DNA of 64,000 bases from Dicyema japonicum (taxonomy: Eukaryota > Animalia > Dicyemida), in assembly GCA_011109175.1 (NCBI GenBank), contig RDEW01000041.1, positions 310,001 to 374,000 on the forward strand, written 5' to 3'. The translations under genes were made by a program, and so were the position numbers. The notes under the pieces were generated by a model. The model made no database searches and was not told the origin of the DNA. It worked only from the letters and a program-made list of their open reading frames with translations. This document shows, piece after piece, positions 23,160 to 36,971 of the stretch; the first letter of the stretch is position 1; the number at the start of each line of letters is the position of its first letter.

Positions 23160-25070
23160 CGTGTACAACGCCTCCGATCGAGATGAGTTGTCACCGTATT
23201 GTCGACGATTAAGGTCGACATGAGGTTTGTCCAATGCTCTGAAGAGGATCTTATGAAGGTTTAAGTTGATCTTTTCAGTCAAATTATTATATTGCAATTC
23301 GATCAACGCCTTCACATTTAGCAGACAAAAAAGGTTTGATAGTACCTAGGTGAGTTACACGTGTTTTCTCGGTCGTTATTATGGCATGCTTCCTAGCAGA
23401 CACACTTGACCCAGCTATGTCGTGCATTCGCATAAGGATACGCTCACATAGTTGGACTACTCCACACAGTCCACGACCGAATTTATCACGGGGGAAATGT
23501 AGTCTCTCCTTATTGGCTACCAGCACATGTACATGGTTTTTTCTGAGTACTCCACGGATCATAACATCCATCTCATCATACTCCTTGTACTCAAACTCCA
23601 CAACACCTATGTAGTAGTTTAGCAGCGAGACAGCATACTCATTTAATGCTAGTAACAAATTCCTTCATTTAGAGACGTCATAGATAATAACGCTGCTCTT
23701 TTACAAATGCCTTCAGTAATTTGTCGCTTTGTCTCAGGCATTATAAGGGACTTTGGAGTTTCGGTAACACCCAGATACTTATATCCTTCGTGTTCATCTA
23801 GGACTCTTACCAACTCGCTACATACTTGCGTGTTATTCGCAGACTTTTAATAATTTAAATCTAGTCTTATACTCTCAAATAATTCCCTGGCACAGACCCC
23901 CATGGAGTAGAGCTCCTCGGCTGTTCGAGCATACATCTTCAGGTCATCGATAAAAAGAAGGTGATTTGTACTGAAACAAACCCCTTCACAATGAACTGGT
24001 ATTTGCTCAAACCGGTCATTGAGGCGGCGACTCAATGGCTCCAAACAGAGAACAAAGAGTGGAGGCATGCTATCTCCCTGAAGGATCCCCCTCTTGAGTT
24101 TTACCTCGCCTATCCGGTGCCTATTATAGTTCAGATGAATACTCCACCTATTCATCACAGCCACTACAAAGCTGATGAACCACACAGGCATACACAGACT
24201 GTGTAGGCACTCGACAAGGTAAGAATGATCAACTGAATCGTAAGCCTTCTTCACATCCACCCACATAGACAAAAGTGAGTTTCCGTGAGACACAGAAAGG
24301 CATTTGTTGATCAAAGCCTGCTCTTTTGCCCCCTGACAATTTCGCACAGTACCCAACTGATTCTCGGAGAGAATCCTATTTGCTTCTACAAAGCTCCTGA
24401 CCTCATTAGCCACCAATTTGGTCATCAGTTTATACAGGGTTGGCATGCAGGTTATCGGTCGATAATCTGCAGCAGACTGGGGGTTGTCCAGCTTTGGGAT
24501 CAAATAAGTTGTCCCTGTGCATGCCCAATCAGGAATCGTTTCCGGGTTAGTGATGCTTTTCTGTAATACACGACACATAGACTCGTGTAATGAAGTGCAT
24601 CTTTTGATAAAGAAATTATAAACTTTATCGACCCCGGTCGTTTTCCAATCAGGGAGATGTCTCACTACCGCCTCAAATTTCTTGCGGAAATGGAAAATTC
24701 CGCAAGATTCCGCCAAGAAAGGAGCGGCGCTGTACGGGACATTCCACGCATTTCCTCTGCGTGGTTTAGCCTCCCACATACTACCCCATGTGGAAAGTAT
24801 TTCCGCGTCCTGCTGGGAACATACACTATGGCCATTTTCGTGTAGGCGACGGTAAAACAATCTGCGATTAAACTCAAACAGATTATTTTCTCTCCTAATC
24901 TTACACCGACTTTCATGTGTATAGAGTTCCCTCTTATACACCATTATTCCCCCTCTAACTCCACCTTTGCTTTCTTCAACTCTTTGAGGTCCCATTTGGG
25001 AACATGGAGTTTACTAATTAGCCCCTTTACTTCCATTTACTGGGTAATCTGGGCTGGTCCGTCAATTCTT
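23160..25070 (-). mobile_element. R4/Dong-like non-LTR retrotransposon, degenerate RT
   Basis: YRPITCMPTLYK, GAKEQALIN, DVKKAYDSV, GILQGDS, HLLFIDDLK, YKYLGV, ERLHFPRDKFGRGL. Confidence 0.88.
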
Positions 25071-25289
25071 CATAAGTGATCTTTGCTGCATACAGCACTA
25101 GGGAGATGTCACCCAGTGACCCTACTGGCTTTAAACTCTTTGGTATCTGAGAAACGGTTGAAGACGTACATAAACCGGATCGAAGAGTGATGTAATGAAA
25201 ACTTTCTTTTAATTGGACATGAGAAGTCTGGTCTGGTGAGGATAACTGGATGCAGGAGGCTGGCTAACCTAAAGAACTCGTTACAAGAC

Positions 25290-25760
25290 ATACCTCGGAA
25301 GAAGACTTGAAATACCTTGGGTTCCTAATTGACGAAAGAGATAATTTTATAGAACATGCTAAGATACAAAAGAAAAAAAACTACAAACGCTCTGTTCTGC
25401 ATTTGAAAATTAAAACTCGAGTCGGAGACCCTTGTTTATGTCTTCACTCCGCAATATTTCCTGCAATGTTATACGGTTTAGAAGGATGGTACGACTAAAA
25501 AAGACACAATTATCAAGAAATTTGAGAAAGCGCGTAATTTTGCTCTAAAGCTTACTTTGGGGATAAGTCCTCGTATGCAATTCCCCTATGGTTGGAAGGA
25601 AAAATGTGCAAGGTTTGCGGAACTATCGAAAATCTTATTAGAGGTTTCGTAAACCGCACTAAAGTATCTGGTACTAATCTTCAGCGATGACCCTTTACGG
25701 ATTTCTTAAAGAGACTGTAGGGAGAAGTCGGTTGGCAAGCCCTACCGTTTCATATTACTT
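25290..25760 (+). mobile_element. LINE RT C-terminal fragment
   Basis: KYLGFLIDERDNFIEH...AIFPAMLYGLEGW. Confidence 0.6.
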
Positions 25761-25896
25761 CCCACATCACTTAATTTGCAGTGTTTTCTTTATAATAACT
25801 TACTTACTTGACTGGTACCCACGTGATTTTTCATAGAGATACCTTCCTCAAGTAGGATGGAGTCAACTAAAGACTTACAGACTCCGATCTCGTACT

Positions 25897-26568
25897 TTAC
25901 GAAATCACTTTTTCCTCAGTAGCATAACCATCTGACACGACACATTTGACAGTATCCACCATTCCATCCATTTCTTGATAGTCCTTGTTACTTAAGGTCC
26001 AAATAAATTCGTTTCCATTTTGAATGACTTGGAACATGGAATTTGCTCCATCCAATTTTCCATTGTACATCCACGTTATATTGAGATTCCTCGGGGAATC
26101 GACCTTTCTCTTGCATTTAATTTCAAAAAAATGACTTTGAGAAATTATCACATCCCCACCATTAACATAAATCTTGACTGATCTCAATTTATCGAAAATA
26201 ACGGGTTGATCTGCAAATTTGAATTCTAGCAACCATAAGACGAGACAGTAAAATGTTGCCTGTATTCTATTATGTCTCGCGACGGTGCGCACCCATGCGC
26301 GGAGAGCACAAGTCATATTTGCATGGTTGACAGCCAACCGCCTTTCGGTATTAGCGACAAAATCAATGTGCACACATTCATTCCGGACCGGCGATGTAAA
26401 GAACCTAAAATCTTTAGTTGGTCTATGTGAGCCCCAGCAACGAGCTATCTTAGTATTCACAAAGTAACATAAGACATGCTGATGAATTTCCCATTGCAAC
26501 CTCGCAAAGGGCCTACTAAAACTTTTATTTGAACTAGTCGAAAGAACTTTCAATCTGGACAAAGCCAC
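25897..26568 (-). CDS. Immunoglobulin-like domain protein fragment, 5' end abutting a CRE insertion
   Basis: 223-aa open frame with Ig-like spacing: EIKC...NITWMYNG...VKCVVSDGY. Confidence 0.45.
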   Translation of the reverse strand: MALSRLKVLSTSSNKSFSRPFARLQWEIHQHVLCYFVNTKIARCWGSHRPTKDFRFFTSPVRNECVHIDFVANTERRLAVNHANMTCALRAWVRTVARHNRIQATFYCLVLWLLEFKFADQPVIFDKLRSVKIYVNGGDVIISQSHFFEIKCKRKVDSPRNLNITWMYNGKLDGANSMFQVIQNGNEFIWTLSNKDYQEMDGMVDTVKCVVSDGYATEEKVIS

Positions 26569-26599
26569 TCTAATATTTTACAGACAATATTGACTGGGA

Positions 26600-27132
26600 G
26601 CCTCATGCAGATCGACTGTTTTGGCCTACACCCTCGTTCCTGCAGGAAGAGTGCAGGCAGATTTCCCAGACACATAGCCTTGAACGAAGTCGTTAAATGA
26701 GCTTTGGACGCCGCCGGACACCCCTCCATGCTCGAACCAGTCGGTTTTTACAGGCGGGACGGGAAACGACCAGATGGGATGACAATCTTCCCTTTTGAAG
26801 CCGGGAAACCTCTTGTCCGAGACGTTACATGCACCGACACTTTTCCTCTTGCAACCTACTCCAGAGTGCCTCTGGAGCCTGCTCTGCTGCTGAGAAGGCC
26901 GATAAGATGAAACAAGAAAAATACGCGGTCCTACCCAATGATTTTTTTGTTTGTTCCACTGGCCGTTTAAACGTCTGGTTCCTTTGCGCCTGCGACGCTG
27001 GAATTCTTGAGTCGTCTATGGAATCAGATCGCTACACGAACAGGAGACCTCGTGAGTGCTGCTGGTTATTTGAGCGAATCTCGCCATCCTGAGAGAAAAT
27101 TTTGCCACGCAGTCAGGGCAGCCGCTATATAA
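26600..27132 (+). mobile_element. CRE-clade 3' fragment
   Basis: GLHPRSCRKSAGRFPRH, LEPVGFYRRDGKRPDGMTIFPF, WLFERIS. Confidence 0.88.
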
Positions 27133-27199
27133 CCGTTTACTCTCTTTTCTTTCCTTAATAAAAATTGTTTCAATATTTTTCATGTTGAAACCATATAAA

Positions 27200-28990
27200 G
27201 AGTAGCATTATTATTTAAGCACTTCACGAGAACCATACTAATTATAGCCCCGCATGTGCAGCAAAAGAAACAAGGTTAGATGTCATCTTTTTCCAAGCTC
27301 CCCTGTTCCTAGCCAAGGTTTTATGTTGTCCAGGTCGTCGGCATTTTTTAGATTTTTTGATATTGACCATATCTTTTTGTAAAACTATTTGGCAGTGTTG
27401 TTCTAGGTCTTCCACGATAGCGGCCTTCTTGACTAACATAGTATGTTTCCATAGATATGTTATGTGGGGATGTTAATTCCATCCTCAGCACGTATCCGAA
27501 GAGCTTCCATCGGGATTCCAGTACTTCTAAGCTGATAGGTCTAGTGCTGCACCTCCTTATATAAAGCATTTCTGATATTCTCGTTAGGCCCAAGTAGTTC
27601 CTGTTATTTTTTCTCAGCTGACCTCTGTGGAACGAGTCTAGTTTTTCCATATCCGCTGATGAGGTCGCCCAAGTTTCCAGCGTTATATAAAAGTACGGGT
27701 TTTATGAATGAGTCGTATAATAGGATTCTCATTTTCGTGTCGATACCTCTTTGATTGAGTCATAGATTCTTCAATTTATATAACGCAGCATTGGCTAGAG
27801 TTTTCCTACGTAAGATATCTTCGCTATCTCCCATAAGTGAACCGAGTTTCTTTACTTGTCGCCACTTCTCTTCTAGGACGTTACTCATCCTTCTTATCTC
27901 TGTGAGTTCTGTTTTCTCTCTGTTCACAGTGAGAAACCATTTCCCTAGTACATCTGGTGCTTTTTCTAATAGATTTTCCAGGACCTCTTTGTCTTCAGAA
28001 ATAAGGTCTACATCGTCCGCGTAAATCACTTCTTCCGTTTTTCTTTTGGTATAACGGTCTCAGTTCCTTCATAGCGGCTTTTAAATAAATTGTGAATAGT
28101 AGAGGAGACAGGGAGTCTCCTTGTGGAGTGCCCGTGTTGTTTCAAATTTTTTTTGAATAGGTCTTTCCGACTCTCACAAAGAGCTCAGTGTTGGAAAATA
28201 GAATTCGGGTCATCTTAGACTCGACTCATCAAGAAATCCGCTCAGTACCCCCATTAATTTGTTCCTGTTAACCGTATCAAAAGCTCTTGATGGGTCAATT
28301 CCCTGAATATTGATGGCGTTACGGTATCTTTGATATGTTGCACACCTCCATCTGTGACTCCAGACCGCATCAGATCTCCCTTCTCGAAAACCACTTCAAC
28401 TATCTGGTAGGTATTTGTAAGCAGATTTTTTTATTCGTTCAAGCACAATGTTTGCCGAGACTTTGCGTAATGAATTTAGTAGGGATTAGTAATCCCGTAC
28501 CCAGAGGTAGAGTTGAGTTAGTTGAAAACATTTCATTTAGTAGTGTAGCGATTTTTTCAAAAAGGGCGTCAGGGCCGTATTTAAGTATTTCTGGGTTTTT
28601 CGCATCTGGTCCGGGGCTTCTGTTATTCTTGAGTTTTCGACAGGCCGTTTTGATTTCCTCGGCCGTGATTGGTATCTCAAGGGGTCTTGGCCTTCCATCA
28701 AATAGGTGGATTTCTATGGGTTTGGTGTTGAAAAGCTTCTCAAAGTGAGCCGCGATGGCTTCAGCTTGTTCTTCGGTGTTCAGTATCAGCTTACCGTTCT
28801 CGTCTTTTATGGTTCGTCGACTTCGGTTTGTTCGCCGCGGCAAAAGGGCAGCGACGTACACCTGTCCGTTGTCTGTCACTTTGTTTACCTCTTCTATACA
28901 GGAAGCTATTTCTTCTAGGAGGAAAAGCTTCTTGTTCAGACCTTTTATTTTTTCTTCTGACACGTTGCCTTTCGCCCTGAAGGGTTTTTA
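27200..28990 (-). mobile_element. RTE-clade LINE, 5'-truncated and degenerate
   Basis: LKNNRSPGPD, PQGDSLSP, IYADD, RWKLFGYVLRM, RGRPRTTLP; related to 11560-14400. Confidence 0.88.
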
Positions 28991-30549
28991 TCGTACTAGC
29001 GTCAGTGGTATTTGATTTTATCATGTTTATTGAAAAAATCAAAAAATATAAAAAAAATAAAATATAAATATTTACCATCACCGAGCGTACATCCAAACGA
29101 TTGCGCTGAAGAAGACTTTAGAGAGCATGCTTGTAGAATATAAACACGGATTTGAACAAATAACGATGGCGATTAACAATAATTGGGAAATGATGAAGAA
29201 TCCTCTTACTGGATGCAATTTGGGAAAGAGGCGACGCGACACTGATAAAGAGTTGGATGATCCAGAAAATAGGAAGGGAAGCGGAGATACTACCAAGAGA
29301 GTCCCGGTGGGTGCTGGCCTGGTCGGAGAGACCAGAAGTTGATACATTAGTTAGATGATATGACTATTGTTTGTTTTGTTTTTAACTTAATTTTATTTTA
29401 TCAAAAAAAATAAATATTTACTATTAAATTTTTAAATTATTCGTAAGCGAATAAAAATTAAATATTTAATTTTTAACTAAAATAAATATCATATATTGAT
29501 TTTGTTGCAGGAAAGTGGCGGTCAATGAAAATTCTTTTGGATATTTATTGTCTCATGCCATCATGCCCAGCCAAAGTCTTTAAATTAAACATCAAAAACA
29601 ACGTTTAAACAATTTTTACGACTTATATAAGGATGTAAAGTTTACAAATAGCATCAGAGAAAAGCTGAACATTGTCAGTGAATTTTAAGAGTAAAAAATT
29701 AACCAAAAAGTCATTTTAACAATCAGACATTACTAAGACAATGACAACAAAAATTTATTAACTATAGAGTTAACGCGTTTTCTGGAGGGTATTACATCAG
29801 AGTCCTACCATAAGGCTTAGACTCCACAAGGAATGTAAAAATTTGGATACGGGACTCAAGTGTTCCGTTCTGTTCACCTATTACAAAGGGGTACCCAACC
29901 TACTAAGATTTGTGTTCAGGACAATCAGGGACTGTAGACAATCAAGAAAAAACTAAGCTGACCATTTTGTAAACGATTGAACAGAAATAGACGCTAGCCA
30001 CTTGATCCGTTTGAGAAACACCGAGGAAATTAAATCTACCAATTATTACTGATAACAGTGACCATAATAAACTGAATAATAACAAGGCTGTTGGATAATA
30101 TACACGGAGAGATGATAAGAGCCGGTAGTTGAAACCTCTGCCATTAAAGGTAATAGTTAGGATATTAGAGCCATCAGAGAATGAATCAGACATAAGTGCA
30201 AGTAGAGGGACGTCACCGCCTCAAACAAAAAAATCAAGAAATATAATCAATCTCTCGTGATTGAGAGTCCATTCCCTGTTCTTGGTTGTGCTTCTCTCTC
30301 GATTTAGTTTTATAATCCCAAAAATTTTGATTGCTGTGAGTTTGAGATGAATAGTCTTTCTAACGTCGCGTATTTTTTTCTTTGGGTGGTTCGGATCTCG
30401 TTAAAACCGATCCTGGTGGGAAGTCAGAACGACCCACCCACGTAGGTATTATCCTATCCTGGAGGTCATAACCTTGCTTTAATATCAAGAGGATCTCATT
30501 TGGTGCTACAGATAAATTTCCTTATGCCTAAAAATAGATTGGGGACAAA

Positions 30550-31010
30550 CAAATAAACTTATATTAAATAGATTATAAAAAAAACTGATCGTTTTTCTAC
30601 ACAAGAGAAGAACAAGAGAAGAGATGACCCGTCTTCCGTTCTTCAACAAAGCACGATGGGGATAGTGGAGAGGACGATTGTTCAATCCTGTACAGATATG
30701 AATGTATATTCAAGTGATGACTACAAATTAGGCGCCAAGTGGACGCTAACCTCGTGGTATGGAAGCTTCGCTTCCGTCAACAATTTGTGGAATACGCTCA
30801 GAAGCTTGTGATAGCAAGGCTTCTGATGGCTTTAGTGGATATCCAATTATGTTTCATTTTCAGACTTGACTGAGAAGGCTCAGTGTCTGAAATCGTTTGT
30901 AGTATCCGGATTTGATCACCAAGAGTAGAAATGATGCGCCTGTCAAGGAATTGTAGACTTAGCAACTTGAAATGGTCCCTGAATGGGAGAATTTTTGATG
31001 CCAATGTCTT
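30550..31010 (-). mobile_element. I/Jockey-like LINE 3' fragment
   Basis: KILPFRDHFKLLSLQFL...HHLNIHSYLYRI...HLFSC. Confidence 0.6.
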
Positions 31011-31144
31011 GTACTAAAAACAAATGACATTTTATTTAATTTCCAATAATATATAAACAAAATTAAATTATAATTTTTTACTGGTTAACCATAATTATAT
31101 TAATAAATTTAATTTTACAGCGTAATTGTCAATAAAATTATTAA

Positions 31145-32161
31145 ATGGATTTGAAAGACATTTACAATTCATTAGAATTTGTTAGAGTACTAAAAAGAAA
31201 CAATAATGAAAAAAATGCCTTTGTTTTATGCAAACGAGATGATGACTATGGGATTTTAATATTCCAGAGACAGAACATTTCTGATGCTGACATTGAGGGG
31301 ATGCTTGTCTTCAATAATGAGTTCTGTGACATAACATCCAACGACGTCTATCACAGATTCCAAATCTTCACAGATAACACTTTATGCAGTATTCATGTTG
31401 TCTTGATTAAGAAATGTCACTAACTTTAATATTCCCAGCCAACCAAGAACACATTGACAAATACTCAGACAAGGACTGCCTCATTATGATTAGGGAGACC
31501 TTTGCTGACTACGAAATGGCTGTTCTTCCTTATCTTAGAAGGTGTCAGCTTACTTTGGATGTTAGTTTTCTTATAATAATTAGTGGGTCTATAATTTGAT
31601 TGAGAGGGACTGTGAAAAGATTATTCACAGGGATGTTGATCTATTGAAAGGATTCGTGATGGTCCCTGACATGAAATGGAATCAGAAAAACGTCATGGAG
31701 TTGTACACTCTGGCCATATGCAATCGAAAGGACATTATGAATATTAGGGATTTGAGAGGAGAGCATATTGAGCTACTGGAGAATATTCTCTACAACGGAA
31801 TTGTACTTTGTTGTAACTATCATAGACTGCCATTGAGAAGGCTTATGAGTTTTCAGGAAGGTCTTTGAGAGTTTACGTTCATTATTTGCCTTCCTTCCAC
31901 CATTTTCATGTCCACTTTGTGAGTTTGAAGAGTGGTTTTATGGGTTATCCAGTCGGGAAGGCACATTTGTTACAAGATATTATTGACAACTTGAGAGAAG
32001 ATTCTGATTTCTACAAGAAGAGGGATATTTCATACATTCTCCCAAATGATAGTCCAATCTTTAAGGAGATTGAGCGATTCCGGGAACATCCCCAAAACTA
32101 TTTCTTTGATTTTTGGTTTTCAATGTTAATTTTCCTTTATATGAGTTTTGTATTCAAATGA
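31145..32161 (+). CDS. DCPS: m7GpppX diphosphatase (scavenger decapping enzyme)
   Basis: GFVMVPDMKW, IRDLRGEHIELL, HIT motif HYLPSFHHFHVHF, GKAHLLQDII. Three introns of 23 nt each. Confidence 0.93.
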
Positions 32162-33620
32162 GGTCAGGTCACATCCATGATAATCAAGGAAACCAGAAAA
32201 TTGCATTTTTAATAAAAATTGCAGACGCCACAATAGCTGGCCCATGGGAGAACGTATATCAGGATATTTCTTCAACCATTACAGCTCTAGACGAATTGGG
32301 TTTAAGTGTCAACGTTATGAATCGGAACTGATCAATATTTCCTGCTCATCTCCAAACTTTTCTACTGCCTGCAAGAATTCAGATACCTACTTCCAGGTTT
32401 CAGCATATCCTTCTTGGACAAGGTACACTTCCTTGGCTTCCCTCGGAAACGACGAGCTGTAAAAATGCCTTACCAGTAAAAATAATGAAGTTGAAGCCTT
32501 CACAAAGAGAGTATCATCTTTGGATTCACATGTGTCTTTCTTCTTGCTCAAGAAATGTATTTCCGTGTCGAAGATGATGTATATTTTGAGATCTTCACCA
32601 TGTTTTGAACACCGGAATGCACTATTGTCGTCTGATGGGATTCTGAGACGATCGACGGAGTCATTACTGAATGTCAAATTCGATGATCTGGGCTGGAGTA
32701 TATGCAAACAACCTGCAAGAAATGGGGACATTGGGTTGAGATCCCCCCTTGAAGCCGCCCTGCCTGCCTACTTTTCATCCTTTGCTTGGCCCAAGCAGTC
32801 CTACGTAACGCAACCGGACATACCTTGGACTCGGAGCTTGACAGTGTTTTCAAGCAGTGGGGTGAGTTGGACTTGAACTTCGCTTGCAAGAAGAGTTCGG
32901 ACTTAATCGCATGTATGAGAACTCTGGAGGCCGCGAAAAAAAGCGCCAACCAACACCGAATAGCAAGCATTAAGTCGGCCGCACATCGCGGAAATGTAGT
33001 TTGGCTCGAAGTTCTACCTTGCTTACATCTGGGGACCCTCCTTGACATAAACAGCTTGAGGATCGTGGTGGCACTGCGCTAGAACTGGACATATGCCAGA
33101 GACACAAATGCCGTTGCGGCGGAGACGTTGATACGAAAGGATTACATCCACTCTCTTACCGACAAAGTGCTGTTCGAGCCCGCGCCACGCAGCCCTCAAG
33201 GCTGCGGGATTTCCGGCCCAATTGGAACCATTGGGCTTAGACAGAGGCGACGGGAAGAGGCCGGATGGATGACGTTATTCCATACTCCCACGGAAAATCA
33301 CTCGTCTAGGACGCAACGTGTGTGGACACCTTCTCAGGAGCCAGATTGCTGACGGCGACGCACTCTCCTGGAGACGCAGCCAATCAGGCGGAAGTTAAGA
33401 AGATCCATAAGTACGAATCCCTCGAGACCATTACAATTTCGCCCCATTGCTGTGAAGACAACTGGAACTGTAGGCGCGAAGTTTGAAGCCTTTCTCCACA
33501 GCATTGGAAGCAAACTCGCCTCAAAAAGGTGCGAGCCACGGGAGGGACTCTGGTTGAGGCAGAGGCTCAAATGGCGATTATCAGAGGTAACGCCTTCGCC
33601 ATTCTGTCGTCCTAATTATT
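32160..33620 (+). mobile_element. CRE-clade retrotransposon 3' half
   Basis: RT end (LGLSVN), YILRSSPC, CRCG..GLHPL knuckle, DGKRPDG, IIRGNA. Confidence 0.88.
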
Positions 33621-34762
33621 GCCTAATTTTCATTATTTAAATAATTAATGTTAATAATTTAGTTAGAAGTATTTCCTTTTTATTAGCAAATTTTCATTAT
33701 TAATAATAAATTTAATTAAATTTTATTCCTACAATTTTTTATTCTTAATTATTTTAAAATTTGTCAGGCTATTTTTAAATTATTTTTTCAAATAAAATTT
33801 CATCTTTAATTGCCTCCATGAGAGAGTAGTTTTTCCTAGTGCTTTCTTTGTCAACGTCTCCAAAAGCATCTATATTAGGTCAGACATGTCTACTAAGATA
33901 CGAATGTGCTAGTTGTCAGACTGTAACAGAAAGGCATTAGAAATAATTATCACAGGATCACTGTTAAAGATAAATATTCTCAGCTAAGTGATCTCAAACC
34001 GATAAGGGGAAGTTGAAACTGGCGGAAATAATGAACGCGGAGTAGGAGTCTTTTTTGGGTATTCAATAAGGGTGTCATAAAGAGGGCTAATAAAATCGGT
34101 GGGCCGTGGTTAGTTATCCTCTATTCTAGAATATAATTAATTGTTCTTTTGTCAAGGAGTAGTGACCTTTTACAACTTGAATCTACACATAGTTATGACA
34201 CGCACTACATTTAAGAGGGAAAAAACAGTAATGTTAATTATCTGAGGAAGGAGAAAGGTATCAGGAATTTTTATTAACTTTTTTTTGGTTGGGTGTGACT
34301 CCCTGTATACAACACAGATGCAGTGAGGTATTATTGACGACAGGGTAATTCTTCAAATCAGGAAGCATCGTTGCCTTCAAGGGAATGGACAGCATTAAAA
34401 TTTAAACCAAGAAGCATCCGAAGCACATCTCAAGTTATTATGGAAGGACTGATGATGTGGTAGAGATGATGTCCGACACAGACTAATAACCTCTTAAGGG
34501 GAAAACAATCCATAACATGAAGAAACCGTTTCCACCACAAATAAACAAAATTTTCCCGCTATAACATTAAGATTCGAGTACTTTACAAGAACAAGGTCAC
34601 AATAGAACATTTACGGTTAATCCAAGACCACTGCTAAAAACCCAGAACTAGGTGACTCCAACACGTTCCAACATCTCTACCAGAAATCACAAAAATCAGC
34701 GAACAGATAAAATTAAAGTATTAGTAAAAATAAAGAACTCGTTAGTGATATTAGCAAAATAA

Positions 34763-35264
34763 TTAATTCCCACTGATACCATAAAAGTTGATTGGCCTAT
34801 ACTACACAACCTCCTCTACCCAAATACCGCTTCATAGACGTTCAACACAAAACACACTATAACGAACGTAGACACAAATCCCGCCACTATGTAATCAGAA
34901 GTTCCACGGACGTAGCATATGGGTACTTTTTGATAGGCTTTCTAAGGGTTTCACTGACTTTAAAAAACCAGGAATTTTGACTGCTTGTCCATTAGCTTCC
35001 TGTACTTCGAGATATAGGGACAACTCCGTAGGGATACTTCTTGCTCAATTCGAGCAGCTTTAGCCTTGGAGATAGGTTCTTTAACTCTTCAGTGCTCACA
35101 ATTTTTGATAGGAGAACCACCATCGACTGAGAATTCTCCAATAATCGGGCTCGACGGAGATGACTTACTGACCCCTGATGTCATTCTTTTGGTCTAAGAT
35201 ATTTAAAGATCCTTACAGCTATTTTTGAATAATTTAACCTTTGCAAGAGTCGAGCACACAACAT
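34763..35264 (-). CDS. Cytochrome c oxidase subunit 7A-like
   Basis: Presequence-like MLCARLLQRLNYSKIA|TKRM, then KLMDKQSKFL|KAYQKVPICYVRGTSDYIVAGFVSTFVIVCFVLNVYEA|YRP, which fits the COX7A pattern KQKLFQ..PVHLKGG..D plus one TM. Middle exon phase is unresolved. Confidence 0.6.
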
Positions 35265-35939
35265 TGAATATTAAATAATATGTTTTATTAAATTTATTAT
35301 AATTAATTTTATTTAATATTATTTTATAGTCAAAAATGTCAAATGACTGGATTGTGCTTACCCGGTATATTCGACGAGCAACCTCAATGACCCACAGCTT
35401 TAAAGCCAAGGGTCCATCGCTATCACAGATCTTAAGCACATCGATCCTCAGGCCCTAAACTAATAGCTCTCATTTTCAACAAATGGGTAACACGAATGCC
35501 ACTTTAAATTATGGGAAAAAGTATTCATTTACCGGTACTTAAGTCAAAAAACCCGACCAATAAGACATCACCTACCGACCAATCTCCATGCTACGTTCCC
35601 TCTCAAGAATCCTTGTTTCCAAGAGACTATTCCACTGTCAAGTTTTCAGCGCGGTTTTTGAGCCAACGGTTCCATTTCTCACCTTGGTTCCCTCACGCAA
35701 TTTATTGGGGCAGAATTCAAAACATCAAAGGTCCGTCCTAATATCAGTCGAATTTCCATGTTTTTCAGATTTCCTCTGACACAAAATCTTAATTTTTACG
35801 AAGTTTGGTTTCAATGGTCTGTCCTGATACCTTTATCAGTTTCAAATTTTGGCCGATATGTCTCAGCCTAAAAATGAAGATTGTACCATACACTTCTATG
35901 TATGTGATATTATCATCACTACCAAGGATAGAAATTACC

Positions 35940-36200
35940 AAGCAGTCATTGGGATCATACAAGGAATACTTGACACTGACCCCATGGTTTGCTCAAATGA
36001 GACTTAAGATTTTGCCAACCAAGTCCTTTGCAACTGTATTTACCACTTGTGTAAAGGGCTACACCATCAAACCGAGAATCCTCCTCAATAACACGATTGT
36101 CCCTATTAATACCACACCAAACATTCTCAAAGTTATGCTTACCAAGGACTTTCTTTGCCAAAAATGCGGCAACCCAAGCTATTGATGTATTTTGTGTCGT
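35940..36200 (+). mobile_element. I/Jockey-like LINE RT fragment
   Basis: YLTLTPWF...KSFATVFTT...LNNTIVPINTTPNIL. Confidence 0.55.
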
Positions 36201-36539
36201 GATTGGCGGGTTTGATTCCCACAACGCCTACCTGTTCGAATGATTCCTTCTGCTCTTTCCTTTCTTCAATTCCTAAGAGGCGTGTACGTTCAAGAAAACA
36301 CCATTTGCCTGACTGGCATACAAAAATGGTATATCTCCCACAATGTTTGATATGAATGGTCCTGATGCTTAAAAAGAATGCGTATGAAATGAAACCCTGT
36401 GATCCTGGGACAATAAAGGATTTAATCACTATAATAGAAAATAAATAATAATTAAACAAATAATTCAAATTCCAGTGATTTCGCAAATTATTAATAATTT
36501 TTATATTTTTTATATTAAAATAAAGAAACAACCAACCGA

Positions 36540-36880
36540 GGATTATACAGTAGTGCCCTGACTGCGTGGCTATTCCCTTTCAGGTTGGTGAGGGATATTC
36601 TCTCAAATAATCAACAGCGCTCATGGAGATCTCCTGTTTGTGTAGAAATCCGATTCTCAAGACCAGTGATCCCCAACTATTTTTGACGCCGACCGGTAGG
36701 CATTAGACAATTTTACCGCGGCTTGAAGGTAGATTGTTCACTTGCAATTTACATGTACCACTGCACCGACAACAGTCCAGTACCAATTGGTTAATGGACC
36801 AGCACCGGTTGGGGACGACTGCCCTACACGACCCAGGAATTACAGCGTTGAAGGAGCAAAGGAACCGGACGTATGTTTAA
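36540..36880 (-). mobile_element. CRE 3' fragment interrupted by a hAT MITE
   Basis: Reverse complement of the GDL.ERC.LFERIS..GNSHAVRA block; the CRE resumes after 36821. Confidence 0.75.
36664..36821. mobile_element. hAT (Charlie/SPIN-like) MITE
   Basis: TIRs CAGTGATCCCCAAC ... GTTGGGGACGACTG; degenerate 8-bp TSD. Confidence 0.75.
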
Positions 36881-36971
36881 AGGTTAGTAAGAGAGATTGT
36901 TAGCAAATGTTTATAGTTACTAAGGTTTTGTTAGAAGGTTAATAAGAGAGATTGTTAGTGAGAGTTACTAA

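Noticed and set aside
36879-36959. 24-bp direct repeat after the PEPCK stop codon; also a 17-bp tandem near 48826
   Set aside because: Ordinary local duplications with no further structure.
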